Source: an uncultured Candidatus Melainabacteria bacterium
Lineage (GTDB): Bacteria; Cyanobacteriota; Vampirovibrionia; Gastranaerophilales; Gastranaerophilaceae
DNA: 64,000 nucleotides
Reading direction: 5' to 3'
Assembly: GCA_934717745.1 (NCBI GenBank)
Contig: CAKUZB010000007.1
Coordinates: forward strand, 3,299 to 67,298
Both the position numbers and the translations under genes were made by a program. Every line of letters starts with the position of its first letter. Position 1 is the stretch's first letter. The notes under the pieces were generated by a model, which was given only the letters and a program-made list of their open reading frames with translations, searched no databases and was not told the DNA's origin. Positions 57,805-64,000 of the stretch are shown in pieces.

Positions 57805-58806
57805 ATGAATAAACAAAAAGTAGCAGTAATCGGCTGCGGATTATGGGGAAGAAATATTGTACGTAACTTCTATAACTTAGAAGCATTACATACAGTTTGT
57901 GATTTAGATAAAGAAAATCTTAAAAAAATTGAAGAACAATATAAAGGTGTTCATACAACTTCTGATTTTAATGAAGTTTTGAATAATCCTGAAATTACTT
58001 CAGTTTGTGTTGTAACTCCAAGTCATACTCACTTCAATTTAGTTAAAAAGGTGCTTGAATCAGGTCGCCACGTTTATGTTGAAAAACCTATTTCAACATC
58101 TGCTCAAGAAGCAGAAGATTTGAAAAAAAATGCTCAAGAAAAAGGTTTAGTTTTGATGGTAGGTCATTTGTTGTTGTACCACCCAGCGGTAAACCGTTTG
58201 AAAATGCTAGTTGACGAAGGTGTTTTAGGCGATATTGTTTACGCACAAAGTGATAGATTAAATGTTAACTATTTCAAAAATGACAGAAGTGTTATGTGGG
58301 ATTTAGCACCTCATGATGTTTCTATGATGGCTTATGTTTTAGGTAAAGAACCTAAACAAGTTATTTCTGCGGTTGGTTGTTCTACTGATAGAAATGAAAT
58401 TATGGACATTACTCACTTGTCAATTGAGTTTGAGGGTGGTGTAATTGGTCAAATCACAGATAGTTGGATTACTCCAATGAAACACGTTAGATTGTTAGTT
58501 CGTGGTACAAAAGCAACTGCAATTTTAGACGATACTTTACAAGAAAACAAATTACAAGTCTTTGATAATAAAAAAGACGGTCCAATCACTGATATTCATA
58601 TTGATTATCTGGAAATTGAACCATTAAAACTTGAATGTCAACATTTCTTGACTTGTTGTGAAAAAGGTCTTGAGGCACGTTCAGACGGTGAAAATGGTTT
58701 CAGCGTCGTAAGAATTCTTGAAGAGGCCGAAAAGATTATGTTAGGTGAAAATAAGTTGAAATCTTTAGACCAACGTAATTTCGCACTATCAAGATTAAAA
58801 CAATAA
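57805..58806 (+). CDS. Gfo/Idh/MocA-family oxidoreductase
   Basis: N-terminal Rossmann KVAVIGCGLWGRN and EKP motif (YVEKPIS); 333 aa. Confidence 0.85.
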   Translation: MNKQKVAVIGCGLWGRNIVRNFYNLEALHTVCDLDKENLKKIEEQYKGVHTTSDFNEVLNNPEITSVCVVTPSHTHFNLVKKVLESGRHVYVEKPISTSAQEAEDLKKNAQEKGLVLMVGHLLLYHPAVNRLKMLVDEGVLGDIVYAQSDRLNVNYFKNDRSVMWDLAPHDVSMMAYVLGKEPKQVISAVGCSTDRNEIMDITHLSIEFEGGVIGQITDSWITPMKHVRLLVRGTKATAILDDTLQENKLQVFDNKKDGPITDIHIDYLEIEPLKLECQHFLTCCEKGLEARSDGENGFSVVRILEEAEKIMLGENKLKSLDQRNFALSRLKQ

Positions 58807-58810
58807 TTTT

Positions 58811-58838
58811 GGGTGCTTATATGCACCCTTTTTTAATA
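58811..58838 (+). terminator. intrinsic terminator after the Gfo/Idh/MocA gene
   Basis: GGGTGC-ttatat-GCACCC followed by TTTTTT. Confidence 0.65.
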
Positions 58839-58859
58839 TTAGGGTTAAAGGAGTATATT

Positions 58860-59465
58860 ATGGCTAATATTATTAGTATTTCAAGAATATTTTTAATTTT
58901 TATGGCAGCAGGTTTAATGTTTTTTGATAAATCTACTGTTGCTTACGTTTCAGCATTAATTTTGACAATTCTTGCATTTTGTTTTGACGGTTTAGACGGC
59001 TATGTTGCAAGAAAATTTAATGAAACAAGTAAATTGGGTGCCGTTCTCGACATTATGGGTGATAGAATTACAGAATATGTATTTTGGATTATGCTTGCTC
59101 ACATGGGTTGGATTCCTGTAGTATTCCCAATCATAGCAGTAACCAGAGGTGTTATTACTGATAGTTTAAGAAGTGTGGCTTTAGAACAGGGGTTAATTCC
59201 TTTTGGCGAAGGTAGTATGTTAAATGATCCGGTTTGCCAATGGATTTGTGGTTCAAAATTTATGAAAATTGGATATGCTGTTGCAAAAGCCATTGCTTTC
59301 ACTTTTTATTTAATTGCATATACTCCGGGAATGCCAAAATGTCCGGCATTTGTTTTTGTTGTTTTAGGTGCTTTGGCTGCGGAATTTGCGATTATACTTT
59401 GCGTTTTAAGAGGTATTCCGGTAATTTTTGAAAGTAAGAAATTTTTTGTAAAAGAAGCAAAATAA
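58860..59465 (+). CDS. CDP-alcohol phosphatidyltransferase family protein
   Basis: DGLDGYVARK..G..LD..GDR signature. Start moved to ATG 58860 behind SD AAAGGAG. The track's extension covers the upstream terminator. Confidence 0.85.
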   Translation: MANIISISRIFLIFMAAGLMFFDKSTVAYVSALILTILAFCFDGLDGYVARKFNETSKLGAVLDIMGDRITEYVFWIMLAHMGWIPVVFPIIAVTRGVITDSLRSVALEQGLIPFGEGSMLNDPVCQWICGSKFMKIGYAVAKAIAFTFYLIAYTPGMPKCPAFVFVVLGALAAEFAIILCVLRGIPVIFESKKFFVKEAK

Positions 59466-59932
59466 TGGAAATTATGGATATTAAAAAGTTTAACGTAGTT
59501 TTATATGAACCTGAAATTCCACAAAATACAGGTAATATAGCACGTCTTTGTGCTTGTACGGGGGCAAATCTTTATTTGGTTGGCAAATTAGGTTTTTCTT
59601 TGTCTGATAAATATACAAAGCGTGCGGGGTTAGATTATTGGGATAGTGTAAATATCAATAGAATTGATACTTTAGACGAATTAATTGAGCAAAATCCTAA
59701 TTCTAAGTTTTATTATTTAACTACAAAATCTAAAGTTTCTTATTTTGATACGAAATTTCAAGAAGGAGATTTTTTAGTTTTTGGTCCGGAATCAAGAGGT
59801 ATTCCTGAAGATATTTTGTTTGCTGATGGTGCAAATTCTATCACAATACCAATGAAAGCGGGGCAAAGAAGTTTGAATTTATCTAATTCTGTTGCAATAG
59901 TTTTATATGAAGCAATAAGACAGGTTGGTTAA
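59465..59932 (+). CDS. trmL: tRNA (cytidine/uridine34-2'-O)-methyltransferase TrmL
   Basis: LYEPEIPQNTGNIARLCA, FGPESRGIP, LNLSNSVAIVLYEA; 155 aa. Confidence 0.9.
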   Translation: MEIMDIKKFNVVLYEPEIPQNTGNIARLCACTGANLYLVGKLGFSLSDKYTKRAGLDYWDSVNINRIDTLDELIEQNPNSKFYYLTTKSKVSYFDTKFQEGDFLVFGPESRGIPEDILFADGANSITIPMKAGQRSLNLSNSVAIVLYEAIRQVG

Positions 59933-59933
59933 A

Positions 59934-60752
59934 ATGCTTGAAATTAATTTGCCAAAACGAAAACAAAATTCAAATAAAGGCTCTTTTGGTAAAGTTTTGA
60001 ATATAGCAGGTTCTCCAAATTATTCAGGTGCTGCGTATTTGTCAAGTATTTCTGCATTAAAAGTTGGTTGTGGATATGTTGCTCTTGCAAGTTGTCCAAG
60101 TGTTTTGCAAAATGTAGCATCAAAAACGCCAGATGTTGTTTTAGTTCCTATAAAGCAAGTTAAAAGTGTCATGAAAAATTATGATGTTGTGTCATTTGGC
60201 TGTGGTTTTTCAACAGAAGCACCTGCGGTTTTGATGTTTAAGTCAATAATGACAGAACTTGCAATTCTTGATTTGCCTGTTGTTTTAGATGCTGACGGGA
60301 TTAATTTACTTGCAAAATTTAAAAAAATAATTTTGCCTGACAGATTGATTTTAACTCCTCACCCAAAAGAGGCTTCAAGGTTATTAGGTAAAGATGTTTC
60401 GGAAATTTTAGAAAATCCTGAAGATGCAGCGACAGAAATTTCTTTAAATTTTAAATGTACGACAGTTTTAAAAATGCATAATACAATAATTTGTTCAAAA
60501 AGTTTGAATTGTTATGTAAATCAAACCGGAAATTCTGCTCTGGCAAAGGCAGGAACAGGTGATGTTTTGTGTGGTATGATTGCAGGTTTTATGGCTCAAG
60601 GCTTAAAACCTTTTGATGCTTGTAAAACAGCAGTATATTTACATGGTAGAGCCGGTGAACTTGCAAGTAAGGATTTGACTGAATATTCAGTTTTGGCTTC
60701 CGATGTTTTAAATTATATTCCTCGTGCGATAATGCAGGTTAGCAATAACTAA
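59934..60752 (+). CDS. nnrD: ADP-dependent NAD(P)H-hydrate dehydratase (YjeF C-terminal type)
   Basis: KGSFGKVLNIAGS..YSGAAYLS, GTGDVLCGMIAG. ATG 59934 preferred over TTG 59925. Confidence 0.88.
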   Translation: MLEINLPKRKQNSNKGSFGKVLNIAGSPNYSGAAYLSSISALKVGCGYVALASCPSVLQNVASKTPDVVLVPIKQVKSVMKNYDVVSFGCGFSTEAPAVLMFKSIMTELAILDLPVVLDADGINLLAKFKKIILPDRLILTPHPKEASRLLGKDVSEILENPEDAATEISLNFKCTTVLKMHNTIICSKSLNCYVNQTGNSALAKAGTGDVLCGMIAGFMAQGLKPFDACKTAVYLHGRAGELASKDLTEYSVLASDVLNYIPRAIMQVSNN

Positions 60753-61872
60753 TTTGTCCTAAAACGACTTTCTTTTCAGCACCGGTGCAACTCGGAACAT
60801 TATTTGGAATTTTATAATATGTGCAATATCCCAAAAGTGCAAAAGCCATAACTTCTTTGTAATTATTTGAAATTCCATAATCTTCATGGGTTTTTAATTC
60901 AATTTCTTTTGGCAAATATTGTCTTAAATATTTTTTTAGAATAGGGTTATAAGCACCGCCACCGCCTAGTATAACCTCATTAATTGATGTATTCGGATAT
61001 ACAAATCGTTCATAATTTTGTGCAATTGTTTTGGCTGTTAGAGCGGTCGCTGTAGCAATAATGTCATATTTGTTTTCCGGTGCTAATTTTAAAGTATTTT
61101 CAATGTATTTGCCAGAAAAATATTCTCTACCGGTAGTTTTTGGTGGCTCTGCAAAGTAATATTCATCTTCAAGTAAGCAATTAAGCCAACTTTCAGAGAT
61201 TTTACCTTGTGATGCAATTTCTCCGTTTTTGTCATAAGGTTTTCCAAAGAATTTTTGGGTGCAATAATCAATCATTATGTTGCCTAAACCTGTATCAAAC
61301 CCGAAAGTCGCACAATCTTTTGATACGACGGTTACATTTGAAATTCCACCGATATTTTGGACTGCTATGTTTTTGTTTAGCGGTTTAAACCAAGTTTCAT
61401 CAGCAAAACAAACGAGTGGTGCACCATTTCCACCTTGTGCCATATCTGCGGTTCTGAAGTTTGCAATCGTTTGGCAACCTGTTTTTTGTGCAATTACCGA
61501 AGGTTCACCTATTTGCAATGTACTTCGCTCTGATATTCCTGCAATCTTTGTATCTTTTGGGTAATGATATACTGTTTGTCCATGAGAAACAATAAAATTA
61601 GGCTTTCCATGTCTTTTTATCATTTTATTTGACGCATTTGCAAAGCATTGACCGATTATAAAATTCATTTTACATAAATCGCTAAGACTTGCCCCCTCGT
61701 GAAAAATTTTAAATATATGTTCTCTTATTTCTGAAGGATATTCATAGTTTAAACCATCAATTAATGAACAACTCAAATCAGGTTTTACAAGGCATAATCC
61801 GACGTCTATTGAGTCGCAAGATGTACCTGACATTAATGATATAATTGTTTTTGAACTTCTATTGTTGTCCAT
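60739..61872 (-). CDS. anmK: anhydro-N-acetylmuramic acid kinase
   Basis: LMSGTSCDSIDV N-terminal motif, 377 aa, ASKHA-fold pattern. Confidence 0.9.
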   Translation of the reverse strand: MDNNRSSKTIISLMSGTSCDSIDVGLCLVKPDLSCSLIDGLNYEYPSEIREHIFKIFHEGASLSDLCKMNFIIGQCFANASNKMIKRHGKPNFIVSHGQTVYHYPKDTKIAGISERSTLQIGEPSVIAQKTGCQTIANFRTADMAQGGNGAPLVCFADETWFKPLNKNIAVQNIGGISNVTVVSKDCATFGFDTGLGNIMIDYCTQKFFGKPYDKNGEIASQGKISESWLNCLLEDEYYFAEPPKTTGREYFSGKYIENTLKLAPENKYDIIATATALTAKTIAQNYERFVYPNTSINEVILGGGGAYNPILKKYLRQYLPKEIELKTHEDYGISNNYKEVMAFALLGYCTYYKIPNNVPSCTGAEKKVVLGQISYC

Positions 61873-61889
61873 AATGACTTTATTATAAG

Positions 61890-61917
61890 AAAAAACTTGC
61901 CAAACGGCAAGTTTTTA
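61890..61917. terminator. hairpin with flanking A/T runs immediately upstream of the anmK start
   Basis: ACTTGCC-aaac-GGCAAGT, A5 on one side and T5-6 on the other. On the minus strand it is followed by TATAAT and then the anmK ATG. Confidence 0.5.
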
Positions 61918-62170
61918 ACTATCCAATATCTCCCAAGATTGTATAGTTTCGATTGTTTTTAAGTATATATTTAAAATTCTTTTTTGATTTGTGATTTTCT
62001 AATTTAAAATTAATGTTTAATTTCTCGAATTCTTCTAAAATTTTTGTTTAATTAACTATCTTTATTTGCTATTCTAATACGTGTGTTTTGCCACCACCCC
62101 TTTATATTTCGTCGCCTAAAATCTTTTTCTAAGTTTCCCTAACAATGTCATGATAGTTTAGTGATACATG

Positions 62171-62206
62171 TTTTACAAGTAAATATTCTTGTAAAAAATT
62201 TTACAA
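62171..62206. promoter_or_regulatory. three TTTTACAA/TTGTAAAA half-sites (hairpin plus 18-bp palindrome TTGTAAAAAATTTTACAA)
   Basis: TTTTACAAG at 62171-62179 pairs with CTTGTAAAA at 62188-62196. The latter also forms a palindrome with TTTTACAA at 62199-62206. Confidence 0.45.
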
Positions 62207-62295
62207 TTGACCATGCCCCCCTTTATACTTGCATATCAAGTATATTAACAATCTTAATGAAGAAAACTTAATGAATTTAAGTAAATGAATATAAA

Positions 62296-62345
62296 AATCA
62301 CGTTGACAAAATTCCTTTACAGTAAATTCATCAACGTGATAATCT
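62296..62345 (-). terminator. terminator after the ArnT-like gene
   Basis: The minus strand reads ATCACGTTGA-loop-TCAACGTGAT followed by TTTTTAT. The loop is large (~25 nt). Confidence 0.5.
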
Positions 62346-62360
62346 TTTAGTATTTTTTTG

Positions 62361-64000
62361 TTATTTTAGCCACAAAATTGCTTTACTTTTTTCAGGTAAT
62401 TCTTTATTTATATATAAAGAATATCTTTTACCTGTTTGAACTACGTGCAAAGTTTCATTCAATTTGTCTTGGTAGTTTCCGTTTTTAACTTCTTTATTTT
62501 TTACGATAACGTAAGTTGGAATAGATTTGTTTAATGTCAAAGAATTTAATCTTTCGAAATCTCTGTCTGTAATGAAGTAAACGAAATCGCCGTAATTGAT
62601 TTTTGTACTTGGTTTCACTGCAAAGTCAAAAGTTACCAAACGAGTGTTTGTTGTACTTGCGTAGTTTGAATATAAAACTAATTCGTTTTCTCCGCCTGCA
62701 TAAATCAAGCCAAACAAGTTTGTAACTGCGAATGTGATTACAAAAAACATTGTTACAACGTAACCGGAGAATACTGAAATTGCTTCATGTGATTTTAGTT
62801 TAAGCATCATGTAAATACCAACAAAAGCACAACCGATAAGTACTGAATATTTGAATGGACTTACAAGTTCGAGAATGCTTTGTGGTAGGAATACGTAAGC
62901 CACTGATGCAATTAATGAAGCGACAATAAATATCATCGCAACGATATATGTTGAAATTTTAATTGCATTTTTATAATCTTCTTGTTTTTCTGAAACACTC
63001 CAAAAATAACCTGTTAACAATGCTGCCGCAGGTAATGCCGGTAAAATGTATGTTGGTAATTTTGTACTTGATATGCTCATTACTCCAAATACAACGATAA
63101 AGAATAATGATGCAAATAAGATTAATTTTTGTTCAATATTTTCTGCTTGTAATGTTCCATATAGTTTGTTTAAAACAGTTCCTTCTAATTCTTTGTATTT
63201 TTTTACAAGTTTTTTGCAACCTTCAACAATAGATGCGAAGAAAATGAATGTCCAAGGCATAAATGCAACAATAAAGATTGGAATAAAATAGAAAAATCCA
63301 TGTTTTCTGCCTAATTCTGCTGATGTAAGTAATCTCGCAAAGTGGTGTTTGATAAAGTATTCGTGAATGAATGACCAACCATAATCTCTAAACATTATTA
63401 AGTGCCATGGCATTGAAATTAATAAGAAAATTACTAAACCTACAAGGAAGTTTACAGGTTTTATCATTTCTTTTAAAGTTTTTGTGATTAAGCCGTAAAG
63501 GAATAATACAACGACAGGGATTGCAATTGCTAAAATCCCTTTTGCTAAAAAGCCTAAGCCAGCAAAAGTCCAAAATCCCCACCAACAATATTTTTTATAT
63601 TTTTCTTCAACAGAAAAACTTAAAAATGCACTGTATAAAGCACTTGCAAGCCATACTGTCAAAACCATATCTAAAATTGCAACATGTGATAAAATTAAGA
63701 AAAATACACTGGTTAAAAGTACGATAGCACTGTATAAACCGAATTTTCTTGATAAAACTTTTTTACCAAAGAAATAAGTGAAAAATACCAAGAACGATGC
63801 CATCAATGCAATCGGAAATCTTACAGCAAATTCGCTAAAAGAACCGAAAAGTTTTATTGATGCTCCAACTAACCAAAAATAAAATGGTGGTTTTTCCAAA
63901 AATGGAATAGAATTCAATAAAAGAACATTCCAGTCGTTTGAATTAGCCAAATCTCTTGACATAATTGCATATCTGGTTTCATCAACGTCTAAAAGCGGGT
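62361..64000 (-). CDS. ArnT/PMT-like glycosyltransferase family 39 membrane protein (5' end beyond window)
   Basis: The frame stays open upstream of the track's Met (..PLLDVDETRYAIMSRDL..), matching the conserved DE.RYA..AR.M loop. There are 12 or more hydrophobic helices. Confidence 0.85.
   Translation of the reverse strand, partial: PLLDVDETRYAIMSRDLANSNDWNVLLLNSIPFLEKPPFYFWLVGASIKLFGSFSEFAVRFPIALMASFLVFFTYFFGKKVLSRKFGLYSAIVLLTSVFFLILSHVAILDMVLTVWLASALYSAFLSFSVEEKYKKYCWWGFWTFAGLGFLAKGILAIAIPVVVLFLYGLITKTLKEMIKPVNFLVGLVIFLLISMPWHLIMFRDYGWSFIHEYFIKHHFARLLTSAELGRKHGFFYFIPIFIVAFMPWTFIFFASIVEGCKKLVKKYKELEGTVLNKLYGTLQAENIEQKLILFASLFFIVVFGVMSISSTKLPTYILPALPAAALLTGYFWSVSEKQEDYKNAIKISTYIVAMIFIVASLIASVAYVFLPQSILELVSPFKYSVLIGCAFVGIYMMLKLKSHEAISVFSGYVVTMFFVITFAVTNLFGLIYAGGENELVLYSNYASTTNTRLVTFDFAVKPSTKINYGDFVYFITDRDFERLNSLTLNKSIPTYVIVKNKEVKNGNYQDKLNETLHVVQTGKRYSLYINKELPEKSKAILWLK

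Noticed and set aside
61918-62295. tmRNA, RNase P RNA, 6S or SRP RNA in the long spacer.
   Set aside because: I found none of the following: a tRNA-like 3' end (GGTTCGA..CCA), a GGGGCUGA-type 5' end, the RNase P GAGGAAAGUCC motif, or an SRP domain IV motif.

Overview
This is an AT-rich, densely coded bacterial chromosomal segment with about 69 protein genes and one tRNA. I saw no rRNA, CRISPR array, transposase or integrase. All calls come from reading the supplied translations and the DNA by eye; no searches were run.

Most of the window is housekeeping:
- gyrB (5' partial), adk, map, recN-nadK-tsaB-tsaE, rlmN, dtd, rimM-trmD, metK, folP, dnaA and rpsF-ssb-rpsR.
- trmL, nnrD, anmK and an ArnT-like glycosyltransferase (5' partial).

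Functional blocks:
- A motA-motB stator pair.
- A minus-strand string carrying a GAF-GGDEF cyclase, an HDOD protein with a resolvase-like N-domain, and two TPR proteins.
- A desulfoferrodoxin-ferritin pair.
- A Maf-like (DUF115) protein and a CMP-sugar synthetase, which suggests flagellin glycosylation.
- A redox supercluster: adhE, then rex translationally coupled to a sensory [FeFe]-hydrogenase (HydS-like, PAS), a PP2C phosphatase, two thioredoxin-like [2Fe-2S] proteins and a catalytic [FeFe]-hydrogenase.

The gene content includes a Ycf23/DUF561-like protein, a flagellar stator, [FeFe]-hydrogenases, AnmK and ArnT. Together with the low GC this is compatible with a non-photosynthetic cyanobacterial relative (Melainabacteria/Vampirovibrionia). 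That placement is inference only.

Most unusual observations:
1. A tandem ~242-bp duplication next to tRNA-CAU re-copies the tRNA 3' end and has an invariant GC-rich foldable core. It sits beside a tandem pair of HTH-WYL-like regulators.
2. Two tail-anchored Q/N-rich paralogs share a 584-bp identical 3' block but have diverged 5' ends.
3. Several small or orphan proteins share N-terminal MxVN and VSFR(G) motifs.
4. A 129-aa protein has seven ETAG repeats.
5. A zinc-ribbon protein has GGYS and RGG-like tandem repeats and lies upstream of rimM.
6. One polypeptide carries four GntR-type wHTH domains.
7. Two non-coding stretches have promoter/terminator architecture suggesting unannotated small RNAs.
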